From assembly GCF_000021865.1 (NCBI RefSeq), contig NC_014034.1:1080001-1112000 (forward strand): 32,000 nucleotides of DNA. The letters are read 5' to 3'. The notes beneath the pieces were generated by a model. That model was not told the origin of the DNA and made no database searches. It was given only the letters and a program-made list of their open reading frames with translations. Below, piece by piece: positions 1 to 8,291 of this stretch. Origin of the DNA: Rhodobacter capsulatus SB 1003. Its GTDB lineage: Bacteria; Pseudomonadota; Alphaproteobacteria; Rhodobacterales; Rhodobacteraceae. A program made the position numbers and the translations under genes. How positions within the stretch are numbered: the stretch's first letter is position 1; the number at the start of each line of letters is the position of its first letter.

Positions 1-226
1 TCATCACCAGGGCGACACGGGGCTCATACTTCGCGGCCAACGCTTTCTTGGTCAGATCGCGCGATTGCTGGGCGGTGATGACCATGCCAGCCTTCGGAGT
101 AATGACGCCCGAGGCGGCAGTCAGGCCCGGCCCGATCGTCCATTTGCCCGCGGGGCACCGATAGGCCCGCAGGACATTGCCTTCTTCGAGCTCAAGCGCC
201 TCGACGCCTTTATCGCTGGTCTGCAT
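1..226 (-). CDS. Phage endolysin, GH24 (T4/lambda R-type) lysozyme, N-terminal 75 aa; the rest lies left of the window
   Basis: Reverse translation from ATG 226..224 gives MQTSDKGVEALELEEGNVLRAYRCPAGKWTIGPGLTAASGVITPKAGMVITAQQSRDL. This carries the GH24 signature E..EG..L.AY.CPAG.WTIG.G. The ORF is open to position 1 and is absent from the ORF track because it has no stop in the window. Confidence 0.85.
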   Translation of the reverse strand, partial: MQTSDKGVEALELEEGNVLRAYRCPAGKWTIGPGLTAASGVITPKAGMVITAQQSRDLTKKALAAKYEPRVALVM

Positions 227-265
227 TTCTTGCTCCGCGCGTTTTCCAACCTCTGGCACGCGCGC

Positions 266-297
266 GAAAGCAAAACCCCCGGACACAGGTCCGGGGG
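266..297 (-). terminator. Rho-independent terminator immediately after mor
   Basis: A 9-bp GC stem (276..284 cccccggac / 289..297 gtccggggg) with loop acag starts right after the mor stop codon (298..300). On the - strand it is followed by TTTTGCTTTC. Confidence 0.65.
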
Positions 298-666
298 TCA
301 GTCGTCGGGAAAGAGGGGGAGCTGATCGGGCGGCCTGTTCGCCAGCCGCCTGACATGGCGCTGTGAGATCCCGAGCGTGGCGGCGATCTCGCGCCGCCCG
401 CGCCCGGTGTCGGCCAGCCGCTGCACATCGAGACGGCGCATCCTGCTGCGGCCGTGGGGCACATAGAGCCGCTGCCCGGACAGGAAATGGCAGAGTTGCG
501 CCGCGACACCCTCGCCCAGGACCTTCACCAGCTCGGCCGAGGGCTTGCGGCGCGGAAACTCGACTTCCTGCCCCCCGAAATGTTGCATGAGACTGAGGGC
601 AACGCCAAGCCCAAAGGTTTCCGCCACATCGACAAGCGACTCGGGCACGTCAGGGCTGAGGGTCAT
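298..666 (-). CDS. mor: Mor/C-family transcriptional activator (122 aa)
   Basis: The size, the position as last gene of the early operon, and the C-terminal HTH (REIAATLGISQRHVRRL) match the Mu Mor family. ATG start at 666..664. Confidence 0.8.
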   Translation of the reverse strand: MTLSPDVPESLVDVAETFGLGVALSLMQHFGGQEVEFPRRKPSAELVKVLGEGVAAQLCHFLSGQRLYVPHGRSRMRRLDVQRLADTGRGRREIAATLGISQRHVRRLANRPPDQLPLFPDD

Positions 667-714
667 GATAATCTCCGGGGCGCGTGAGGGGAAAGCGTCA
701 GGGGTAGGACCATT

Positions 715-1392
715 TTAGTCCGGTTCGTTGACAGAAAGTGAGAGGCAATTTTTCGCTCCGGCGACACCGTGCGAAAGTTCCACTCTCTCCCCGGCCGCAA
801 GCCCCGCGAGCAGCGCCTTGCCGTTGCGCAGCTTGGCGGGCGCGGGACCCCTGACCGGCGTGCCGCCTGGAAACATCTGGTCCCGCGCCGACATGGCGAG
901 GCTGCGCGCTTCGGACGATCTGACACCTTCAAACAGCGCCTCAAGCTTCATCTGCAGACGCCGCACCATGGCATGCGTGAAGTCCTGGACAGCGCGACGT
1001 TTGCTGTCGATCGACCGGCGGCGCTTGTAATTCTGCGAGCCCTTGTATTCGGCAATCGCACCATCAATCGCCCGGCCGAGCACGACGAAAAGATAAGCCG
1101 CAATCTCAGGGCCGGGTCCGGCTCCGACAAATGTTGCCCGACCAAACTCATAAATCAGCGCGGTGTTGGTGTTGCGGGCCAGCGTCCCCCAGAGCGGATC
1201 GCGCGCCCCGTTACCGTTCGTCTTCGACTTCGCCGAGGCCTTCCCGAACAGGACATCAGCTTCGGTCAACCCGTGTTCCTGCATCAGTTGCGCCGCTTTT
1301 TCGGCGGCGGCCATCGCTTCGGCTTCCGAACAACCGCGGGCTTTGGTCATTCCCAGAAGGGCGGCGATCCTGCGTTTAACGTCGTCGGCCAT
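715..1392 (-). CDS. Hypothetical phage protein with DUF2786-like N-terminus (225 aa)
   Basis: The N-terminus KRRIAALLGMTKARGCSEAEAMAAAEKAAQLMQEHGL is the typical DUF2786 motif. Third codon positions are strongly G/C. The start overlaps the upstream stop (TGATG). Confidence 0.7.
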   Translation of the reverse strand: MADDVKRRIAALLGMTKARGCSEAEAMAAAEKAAQLMQEHGLTEADVLFGKASAKSKTNGNGARDPLWGTLARNTNTALIYEFGRATFVGAGPGPEIAAYLFVVLGRAIDGAIAEYKGSQNYKRRRSIDSKRRAVQDFTHAMVRRLQMKLEALFEGVRSSEARSLAMSARDQMFPGGTPVRGPAPAKLRNGKALLAGLAAGERVELSHGVAGAKNCLSLSVNEPD

Positions 1393-1499
1393 CAGCGCAG
1401 CCCCCAGAACACGGCGGCGGTGACGACGATCATCGCGCCCGGGGCGGCGACGGTCAGCCAGTAATGGGCGCGCAGATAGTCAAGCACGAAGGTCATCAT
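1392..1499 (-). CDS. Small hydrophobic protein (35 aa), below the ORF-track size cutoff
   Basis: MMTFVLDYLRAHYWLTVAAPGAMIVVTAAVFWGLR has one predicted TM helix. It is bracketed by an ATGA overlap with gemA (1496..1499) and a TGATG overlap with the next gene (1390..1394). Confidence 0.4.
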   Translation of the reverse strand: MMTFVLDYLRAHYWLTVAAPGAMIVVTAAVFWGLR

Positions 1500-1942
1500 T
1501 TCCGATCTCCCTCTCTGGGCAATTCGGTGGGGATGTTGTGGCGTTTGCACCAGGCCTGCAGGGCCTCGATCACGGTGCTGATCTGCTTGGCGTCGGTCAT
1601 CCGGTCGATGTCGATCGGCACCGCGCCCCAGGCGGCGCCATAGCGCGACCGGATGAAGGCGTTCAGCCCCTTCGCGCCCGCCACATTCGCGACGCCCGCC
1701 TTGTGCAGCAGGCCCCAGAGGACATGGCAGTAGCGAACATCGCGGCGGGCGGCGGGGGCGCGCTTGCCGCCGGTCTTCTGGAAGCCCATGCGCTTCATCT
1801 CGTCAAGAACCGCAGTTTTCTGACGGTCCGTCATCAGCTTCAGCGAAGCCTTCCCGGTCACCCGCTCCAGCATGGCGCGGTAATCGTCCTCGGCCATGCC
1901 GATCTGGCCCTTGGCGATGTTGATCACGGTGTTCAGGTTCAT
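1496..1942 (-). CDS. gemA: Mu gp16/GemA-like protein (DUF1018), 148 aa
   Basis: From the internal ATG at 1942: MNLNTVINIAKGQIGMAEDDYRAMLERVTGKASLKLMTDRQKTAVLDEMKRMGF...VIEALQAWCKRHNI matches the GemA pattern. The longer track ORF (to 2095) overlaps the upstream gene and is rejected. An ATGA overlap with that upstream gene supports the start at 1942. Confidence 0.75.
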   Translation of the reverse strand: MNLNTVINIAKGQIGMAEDDYRAMLERVTGKASLKLMTDRQKTAVLDEMKRMGFQKTGGKRAPAARRDVRYCHVLWGLLHKAGVANVAGAKGLNAFIRSRYGAAWGAVPIDIDRMTDAKQISTVIEALQAWCKRHNIPTELPREGDRK

Positions 1943-2154
1943 TTCAGCCCCGCATGCGCTTTGAGGATCGCGACCTCGATGTCGTCGGCCCCGAAGTTCG
2001 TCTGAGCCGCCTCGATGTGAAACACAGCGCCCGTGCACATCGTCACCCGCAGCGCCCGAAAGCCGCTGGGCTTGGGAGTGGGCCCCGTGACCCACTCCAT
2101 CGCCGCGACGAACTGCGGGTTGATATGCACCCCGAAGTCGGTCGAGATCATCAT
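1939..2154 (-). CDS. Hypothetical phage protein (71 aa)
   Basis: High GC3 in frame, with ATGA overlaps at both ends (2151..2154 and 1939..1942). I recognise no domain. Confidence 0.55.
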   Translation of the reverse strand: MMISTDFGVHINPQFVAAMEWVTGPTPKPSGFRALRVTMCTGAVFHIEAAQTNFGADDIEVAILKAHAGLK

Positions 2155-3035
2155 TTCAGGACACCGGCCCGGGCGCGCAGCACCTGCAGCAGCTGCGTCT
2201 GCCGCTCGATCGTCACGCCGTTCGGCGTCAGCGCGATGAAGCGCGCCTTGGCCTCGCCAACTTCCTTGCCGATCTCGTCAGCCACGACGGCCATCTGCTT
2301 GCCGCTCGCCAGACCTTCGACCAGCGCCAGATCGAGGCCCGCCGACCAGCCGCCGCGATAGCCGAGCTTGCCCAGGAACTCGGTCAGCTCGCGCCACCAA
2401 AGCGGCTTGGGCTCATCCTTTTGTGCGGACACGTCGGGCAGCGGGGCGATGGGCGCCACGAACGCCGCAACGGACTGCGTCGCCGCCTTTTTCTTCGCCC
2501 CAGACCAGGCCACATAGCGCCCGCGCAGCTTGGGCATGCTCACGCCCAGCGTCGCGGCGACTTCCGCCATATTCGACCCGCCTTCGACGGCCAGGAAGGC
2601 ATCAGCCCAATCCGCATCGCTCGGCTCGCCCCGCGGCGCGGCCACCTCGGCAACGGCGGCCTCGACGGGCGGCGCGACCTCTTCGACGGCGATGTCTACC
2701 GCATCATCCGCGACCTCGGCGGGCTTCGACGCGATGATGGCTTCGAGCAGCTTGTCGGCATCCTCCGTGCCCAGCGGCTCGAATTCCGTGTCATAATCGT
2801 CCGCGACGGCCGGATGCTCCTCGATCTCGATCGTCACGCCGTGAAAATCGGGGGCCGAGTCGTTTTCCAGAAGCTCGTCTGGCTGGTCGGGTTCTCCGAC
2901 GCGCAGGCTCTCAAGGTCATTCAGACCGTCAGCAACGGTCTCCGCAAGCGCGGCATCATAAAAGACCGCGACCGTGACCGGCCTCAGCGCGTAGAGCTCG
3001 ACGCGACCGTCTTCGAGCTGGTTCGTGTAATACAT
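2151..3035 (-). CDS. Highly acidic early protein with C-terminal HTH-like segments (294 aa)
   Basis: Start chosen at ATG 3035, which is preceded by GGAGGA (MYYTNQLEDGRVELY...). Residues ~40-150 hold 33 Asp/Glu against 4 Lys/Arg by my count. The C-terminal half contains MAEVAATLGVSMPKLRGRY and QMAVVADEIGKEVGEAKARF. Confidence 0.65.
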   Translation of the reverse strand: MYYTNQLEDGRVELYALRPVTVAVFYDAALAETVADGLNDLESLRVGEPDQPDELLENDSAPDFHGVTIEIEEHPAVADDYDTEFEPLGTEDADKLLEAIIASKPAEVADDAVDIAVEEVAPPVEAAVAEVAAPRGEPSDADWADAFLAVEGGSNMAEVAATLGVSMPKLRGRYVAWSGAKKKAATQSVAAFVAPIAPLPDVSAQKDEPKPLWWRELTEFLGKLGYRGGWSAGLDLALVEGLASGKQMAVVADEIGKEVGEAKARFIALTPNGVTIERQTQLLQVLRARAGVLK

Positions 3036-3081
3036 GCCATCCTCCGGCTGCTCATCAGGCCCCGGCCACCACGCCGGGACG

Positions 3082-3105
3082 ACGCCCCCGGTTGTCCGGG
3101 GGCGT
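3082..3105 (-). terminator. 10-bp GC hairpin directly downstream of the HU gene (terminator-like, weak U tract)
   Basis: acgcccccgg (3082..3091) / ccgggggcgt (3096..3105) with loop ttgt, 7 nt after the HU stop. No clear U run follows on the - strand, so this may be an attenuator or RNA-stability element rather than a full terminator. Confidence 0.4.
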
Positions 3106-3111
3106 TTCGCG

Positions 3112-3387
3112 TCAGGATTTCTTCGGCTTCGCGGGCTTGAAGGCGAGATGCGCGCTGGCGGGGATCTCGACCTGTTCCCCGGTGGCCGGGTTGCGGCCCA
3201 TGCGCGCCTTTTTCTGACGCTGTTCAAAGGAGCCGAAGCCCATCAGGGTCACCTTCGACCCGGCTTCGGTCTGGGCGGTGATCACGCCCAGCGTGGCGTC
3301 CAGCATGTCCTTGACGTTGGTCTTGGCAAAACCGGTCTGGGCCGCGACTGCGTCGACCAGGTCGGATTTCGAGAAAGTCTTGCCCAT
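3112..3387 (-). CDS. HU/IHF-family nucleoid-associated DNA-binding protein (91 aa), phage encoded
   Basis: MGKTFSKSDLVDAVAAQTGFAKTNVKDMLDATLGVITAQTEAGSKVTLMGFGSFEQRQKKARMGRNPATGEQVEIPASAHLAFKPAK aligns along its length to the HU consensus (GFG.F..R...AR.GRNP.TGE...IPA). AGGAGG lies 6 nt upstream of ATG 3387. Confidence 0.9.
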   Translation of the reverse strand: MGKTFSKSDLVDAVAAQTGFAKTNVKDMLDATLGVITAQTEAGSKVTLMGFGSFEQRQKKARMGRNPATGEQVEIPASAHLAFKPAKPKKS

Positions 3388-3479
3388 GGGGGCCTCCTGT
3401 TTGGTTCGGTTGGTCTTCTGAGTGGGTCCGCGAGTGGCGGGGTAGGCCCGGCCGGAGTGGACGGCCGGTAAAAGCGTTG

Positions 3480-3713
3480 TCAGTGATGGCGATCGATCTC
3501 TTTTGCTTTGCGCAGCCACGCCTTGACGGCGGCGCGATCGCCTTCGGTGCAGCTCGCGGTGATCCGGCACAGCCGTGCCGTGTATGTGCCGCTGGAAAAC
3601 CTGACGCTGCCGCCATAGCCCTGAAACACGTTCAGCAAGCTTTCGTCGGGCGCACCGTCCAAGCCGACGATCACCGCCTCCAGCACCTTCCCGCTATCTT
3701 GGTCCGCGCGCAT
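3480..3713 (-). CDS. Hypothetical phage protein (77 aa)
   Basis: ATG at 3713..3711 overlaps the gam stop (TGATG). The frame is open with GC-rich third positions. No recognisable domain. Confidence 0.5.
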   Translation of the reverse strand: MRADQDSGKVLEAVIVGLDGAPDESLLNVFQGYGGSVRFSSGTYTARLCRITASCTEGDRAAVKAWLRKAKEIDRHH

Positions 3714-4255
3714 CACACCCCCTCCGGCAGTTCGGTCTCGAACGGCTCCACGATGAAATCTTCGCCGTCGCTGCCGATCGTGACCCCGGCGATCGTCTTG
3801 GCGAGCTGGCGGTTGGCCAGCATCGCTTCCTTGTTCAGCTCTTCCTTGGTGCGAATGAACTGCGCTGCCAGACCCAGCTTCTTGATCGTGGCAAGCACCT
3901 CATCGACCTTGCGGATCGTCACTTTCGCGGGCCGCAGCTTCCAGCTGATCTCGCCCGTCGTGAAGCGCGCGAACTTGACCTTGTTGCCCCGCGTGAGCCG
4001 GTCGCGATTCACCTCGCAGAACATCTTCAGGCCTTCGGTCTTCGCCTCGATCTCGGCACGCAGCGGCTCGACCAGCGTCCCGTATTTTTCCTGCAGGGCC
4101 GCGATTTCGTCATTCAGATCCGCTTCGGCGCGGGCAATCTTCCGGTTCAGATCGCCGATCTCGCGAATGGCGCTGCGCGCCTCGCTGTCGTCTTGCGGGA
4201 TCGGCAAAGCGCTCGCCTTGGTCTTGGTCTTCTTGGACCTGTTAGACACCGTCAT
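3713..4255 (-). CDS. gam: Mu Gam-like host-nuclease inhibitor (DNA-end binding), 180 aa
   Basis: The length, the coiled-coil N-terminus (IREIGDLNRKIARAEADLNDEIAALQEKY) and the C-terminal core (KFARFTTGEISWKLRPAKVTI) match the Mu Gam family. Confidence 0.85.
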   Translation of the reverse strand: MTVSNRSKKTKTKASALPIPQDDSEARSAIREIGDLNRKIARAEADLNDEIAALQEKYGTLVEPLRAEIEAKTEGLKMFCEVNRDRLTRGNKVKFARFTTGEISWKLRPAKVTIRKVDEVLATIKKLGLAAQFIRTKEELNKEAMLANRQLAKTIAGVTIGSDGEDFIVEPFETELPEGV

Positions 4256-4607
4256 TTCCTTTCGTCGGGTTGATGGGGCAGGCCCGGCAGGCGCCCCAGT
4301 GCTTCAGCTTTTCGGGGTTCGAGGTGGACATCGGCGCGGTGGCGAAGGCCCGGCAGTCGTCGGCCGAGATGCCGCGGCGCAGGTGCGGGCACATCATCTG
4401 GGAGCGGTAGAGCTGCATCACGGCCGCGCCATGCTTGCGCGTCACCAGATCGAGGCTCTTGGCCGGATAGGTGCCGTTGATCAGCATCGAGACGGAGGGC
4501 CGCTTCATGCCAACTTCGCGCGCGATCTGCGCGATCGGCTTGCCCTTGGCCGCTTCGGCCTTCAGCAGCTCGATCCATTCCGGGTTCGGCAGCGAGATCA
4601 GCGACAC
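4242..4607 (-). CDS. Hypothetical DNA-binding protein, HTH plus Cys-rich C-terminus (121 aa)
   Basis: GTG start at 4607, preceded by GGGGAGG at 8-nt spacing. HTH-like segment PIAQIAREVGMKRPSVSMLING. The C-terminal half has four Cys (CPHL...C...GACRAC). Confidence 0.6.
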   Translation of the reverse strand: MSLISLPNPEWIELLKAEAAKGKPIAQIAREVGMKRPSVSMLINGTYPAKSLDLVTRKHGAAVMQLYRSQMMCPHLRRGISADDCRAFATAPMSTSNPEKLKHWGACRACPINPTKGNDGV

Positions 4608-5185
4608 GGGATATCCTCCCCGGTGTTGAAATCGTGCACGATGCCCAGTTTCGAACGATGCAGCGGCGCCCGGGGTCCGGTGTTGCGATCCAGGCGAAAC
4701 CGCTTCAGCCCATTCGACCCGGGCTTCGTGCCCTTCCGACGCCCGGGCAGCTCCGACACATACCCGGAGGATTTCAGGACGCGGATATAGCTCCCGGCGT
4801 TGGTCATCGCGTCGCGCTCGCCATCGACGGCATCGCAGACCACATCCGAGATCGTGAAGGTCCCGCGCAGCCGCATCGAGCGCCAGACGCGATCGCGAAA
4901 CCCGTTCGTTTCGGGGCGCGACAGCACATTGCTAGAGGCATCGACCGGGCCGCTGGTGATGACCTTGCCATCGGCAATGGCCTGTAACCCGCGGAAGGTG
5001 ATCTTGTAGATCCCGGGCCGATCGCGGGAGATATAACCGCGATCGACCAGCGACGCCGCCGCTTTCGACACCCGCTTCGGGGACACCTCCAGCGCAAGGG
5101 CGATCTGGATCGTCGGTGCCGTCAGCGGAAGCGCAAGGTGCTGCAGCACCTTCATCTGCAGCTCTCCGGGGCCAAAGCTCGCCAT
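4598..5185 (-). CDS. Hypothetical winged-helix (MarR-like) protein (195 aa)
   Basis: ATG 5185 overlaps the MuB stop (TGATG). The N-terminus LQMKVLQHLALP..TIQIALALEVSPKRVSKAAASLVDRGYISR looks like a wHTH. Confidence 0.6.
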   Translation of the reverse strand: MASFGPGELQMKVLQHLALPLTAPTIQIALALEVSPKRVSKAAASLVDRGYISRDRPGIYKITFRGLQAIADGKVITSGPVDASSNVLSRPETNGFRDRVWRSMRLRGTFTISDVVCDAVDGERDAMTNAGSYIRVLKSSGYVSELPGRRKGTKPGSNGLKRFRLDRNTGPRAPLHRSKLGIVHDFNTGEDIPCR

Positions 5186-5958
5186 CACGCCGCCACCGTC
5201 ACGATGATTTCCTTGCCGTTCGTGCGGTCGGTCATGATCGGCTGACCGGCCATGTCGGCCAGCGTCACACCGTCATCGTCGATCTCGGCGCGCAGGCCGA
5301 ACCGTTCGATATGCGCGATCGCGTCCAGGATTTCCCGGTTGAAGCCCTTCGAGGCCCGCCAGACATACTGGATCAGCTCCTCGGCGACCGGCACCTCGCA
5401 CCGCTCGCGAATGATGGCCCGGGCGTCGTCGATCGTGGCGGGGGTGAACGCGACCTTGTTCGGTGCCCGGCTCTCGATCTGCGGAAAGCGGCGCAGGTTG
5501 TCGCGCAGCGTTCCCATGCCGACAAGGATCGTCGGCAAGAACTTCAGGTCGGAAATACCGCGGATCGCCTCCATGATCTCGCCGCGCGACGACACCAGGT
5601 CGCATTCGTCGATCACGATGCCGAAGGTCCGATCCCGCAGCGCCGCCCGATCGGCCCGGTCTTGAAGCTCGCTCAGGACACGCGCGAACCGATCCCGCTT
5701 GCCGCGGATGCTCTTCGGGTCTACCGACAGTTCGGCCAGAAGCTCCTGGATGAACCAGCCGTAATCCCAGCCCTTCTGCGCCCGCAGATAGACGCTGCCA
5801 GTCTGGGTGACCCAGCGATTGAGCGTCGTGGTCTTGCCAAGGCCCGGCTTGCCATCGACAACGACCATGCAGGCCTCTTCGGCGCCGCGTTCGTTGAGCT
5901 TCTTAAGCGAGGCGTAGAATTCGCGGACGTTGCTCGTCTCGACAAAAACGTTTCTCAT
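5185..5958 (-). CDS. MuB-like AAA+ DNA transposition/target-capture ATPase (257 aa; alternative start 5973)
   Basis: Walker A DGKPGLGKTT and Walker B FGIVIDECD. It sits immediately downstream of the transposase, as in Mu. ATG 5958 has a GAGGGA Shine-Dalgarno; ATG 5973 has a poorer one. Confidence 0.85.
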   Translation of the reverse strand: MRNVFVETSNVREFYASLKKLNERGAEEACMVVVDGKPGLGKTTTLNRWVTQTGSVYLRAQKGWDYGWFIQELLAELSVDPKSIRGKRDRFARVLSELQDRADRAALRDRTFGIVIDECDLVSSRGEIMEAIRGISDLKFLPTILVGMGTLRDNLRRFPQIESRAPNKVAFTPATIDDARAIIRERCEVPVAEELIQYVWRASKGFNREILDAIAHIERFGLRAEIDDDGVTLADMAGQPIMTDRTNGKEIIVTVAA

Positions 5959-5990
5959 GTTATGCTCCCTCATCTTCCCAGTGAAGTTCG

Positions 5991-8291
5991 TCAGGCAACG
6001 GCGCGGAGGAGGTTTCGCAGCGCCTCCAAGTCGATGCCTGACATTCGAAACAGCTCCCGCGCGGTCGAGCTGTTCAGGCAGCCCCGCAAAACGGCGATCT
6101 GGTTAGGTTTCAGTTCTTCCGGATGCTCCAGCGCCCAGGCGGCGAGCGCCTCGTCCGAAGCGAAGGTCCGACGCTTCGCAGCGGGTGCCGATGCAGCTTC
6201 GACGGGCGCAATGCTGACGGTGCTCGGCGCGGTGATCGTCACCATCTCGGCCGCAGGCGCATCGAACATTCCTGCGGGGATGTTCTGAGCCCGCAGATCG
6301 ACCAGCTGCTGCCCCGCGCGCTCGGCTTCAACGGCCGCGACCTTGCGTTCCAGCCGCTTCAGCTGACCCTTGGCGCGGTTTTCGATGGCCTGCTGCTCAT
6401 AGCTGACCGGGAAATAGCGCTCGGCATTCGCCATGAAGCGGGCAACGCAGATCAGTTTGCCGGGCTGCCCGGTTTCCTTGTCGAACTCGCGCACCCAGAC
6501 CCGATCGGCCTGGTGATAGTCGTAACCGACCATCACCTTCGGCTCGTGATAGGGGGCAAGCGCGTGATCGAAATACTGGTTGGTGTTCCACAGCACCTCG
6601 CCGCGCCGTGTGGTACGGATCTCGTAGGGGCGGAAAAGATCGTCGGCCTCGGCCGGATCGACCGTCACGGGCTCGAAACCGCGCACCACATGGGCCTCCC
6701 AGCACTCGTTGGGCGACATGTGGCGCAGCTTGCCCGTCTCCGGGTCGCGGATCTGCGGCAGGCTGCTGTGCGGCTTGGCGTTGTATTCGGCGACCATGTC
6801 CTCGCACAGCTTCACGAACTCCGCCCAGGTCGGCAGGTTGCGCGACCGGCCGTATTCGCGGATCTCGCGACGGGTCAGCTTGTGGATCTTGTCGCCAGCC
6901 TCCTTGTCCATGTCGGTGCCGATGTAGGTCGGCAGGCGCTTGGCAAGCCGGTCCCAGATCGTGTGCTGAATGCGCTCGATGCGCCCCTTTGCCTGCGACC
7001 CATAGGGCGCGGCATGGGCCTTCGTGATGCCCAGCCGCCCCATCAGGCCGGACACGTCAGCATCCATCGCCTCGTTGCGATAGCCGGGGCCGCGGTCCAC
7101 ATAGAAGATCGCGCAGATCCCGTGCGAGACGCAGGACCGCCGCAGCGCCTCGGCCACGGACTTCTGATTTTCCGACCGGCCAAGCGAAATGCCAACCACC
7201 TTGCGCGTCACCAGATCCATGACCGTGGTGATTTCGGGCCGGATCGCATTGTGGCTGACCGGGTCCTCGATCTCGGCGTCGAAGGTCTTGCCGTCGGCGG
7301 TGTAAACCGTGGTCGGCCACATGTCGTCGGTGGTGCGGGTGACATAGGGCAGGCGCGAGCGCAGTGTCAGCATGCCTTCGCGGCCGACGTGCTTCTCGAT
7401 GTTGTTCATCCGCACCCGCAGGATGTATTCGACCTGCGACAGCGTCAGCGTCATCAGCTGCACACCGTCTTTCGCCGCGGCTTCCTTGAGATATTCGCGA
7501 TAGGCATCGGCGATCGACGGCTTGCTGGGCATAGCATAGTGCCGAAGGAAGTCCGCGAAGGCGGGCGGGATCGGCATTTCCTCTTTCGTCGCCGCAGGGG
7601 CCAGCGCCACGACGCCCTTTTCGTCGCGAGTCTTGAACCAGTCATAGATCGCGCTGCGACCGACAGAGGGCTTGCCGCGGCGGTCATTCGCCACCACGAT
7701 CCGCTCCGGGTCAATCATGAACCCGGTCTTCAGAAGCAGCGGCCGCGCCAGGCTGGCGATCTCGCGATCCGTCAGGATTTCCCCGCAATCCCGCCGCGCC
7801 TCGATTTCCTGACGCACGACCATCGCGGCCTGTGCGTTCAGGAACTGCGCCACGCCCCAGGCACGGCCCATCCCCTGCGAAATCGCATAGCCCTCGATCG
7901 CCTTCAGGATCTCGGCACGGGCTTCCATCACATTGCGGGCGCGGGCGGGCAGCGTGCTGGCCTTCAGCGCCGCGATCCGGCGATCATCCGCCGAGTGCTC
8001 GGCCTCCAGACGGGCTTTGAGGCCAGCAGTGATCAGACTGCCCTCATAGGCCAGCCGCAGCGGCTCCGGCATCAGGCTGATGTGGTACTCCATCCCGCCG
8101 CCGCCGACCTTTCCGGGGCGCTTGCGGGCCAGATTTTTTCCAAGCTCATTCCATCCATTGCGCGCGGCATAATCTCTGGCGCCGCGCTCGGCTTGCGGAA
8201 AGCACGTCAGTCCGCGCGCTTTGGAGATCTCAGCCAGCTCGCGTGCCGTGAAGAAGGTCTGAGGTGCGGAAGTCGTCACAAGGTCTTTCAA
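5991..8291 (-). CDS. MuA-type DDE transposase (766 aa)
   Basis: N-terminal HTH (FFTARELAEISKARG) and an rve/DDE core (VYTADGKTFD ... FYVDRGPGYRNE ... SQAKGRIERI), at Mu-A-like size. The annotated start is TTG, overlapping the upstream stop as TTGA (8288..8291). Confidence 0.9.
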   Translation of the reverse strand: MKDLVTTSAPQTFFTARELAEISKARGLTCFPQAERGARDYAARNGWNELGKNLARKRPGKVGGGGMEYHISLMPEPLRLAYEGSLITAGLKARLEAEHSADDRRIAALKASTLPARARNVMEARAEILKAIEGYAISQGMGRAWGVAQFLNAQAAMVVRQEIEARRDCGEILTDREIASLARPLLLKTGFMIDPERIVVANDRRGKPSVGRSAIYDWFKTRDEKGVVALAPAATKEEMPIPPAFADFLRHYAMPSKPSIADAYREYLKEAAAKDGVQLMTLTLSQVEYILRVRMNNIEKHVGREGMLTLRSRLPYVTRTTDDMWPTTVYTADGKTFDAEIEDPVSHNAIRPEITTVMDLVTRKVVGISLGRSENQKSVAEALRRSCVSHGICAIFYVDRGPGYRNEAMDADVSGLMGRLGITKAHAAPYGSQAKGRIERIQHTIWDRLAKRLPTYIGTDMDKEAGDKIHKLTRREIREYGRSRNLPTWAEFVKLCEDMVAEYNAKPHSSLPQIRDPETGKLRHMSPNECWEAHVVRGFEPVTVDPAEADDLFRPYEIRTTRRGEVLWNTNQYFDHALAPYHEPKVMVGYDYHQADRVWVREFDKETGQPGKLICVARFMANAERYFPVSYEQQAIENRAKGQLKRLERKVAAVEAERAGQQLVDLRAQNIPAGMFDAPAAEMVTITAPSTVSIAPVEAASAPAAKRRTFASDEALAAWALEHPEELKPNQIAVLRGCLNSSTARELFRMSGIDLEALRNLLRAVA

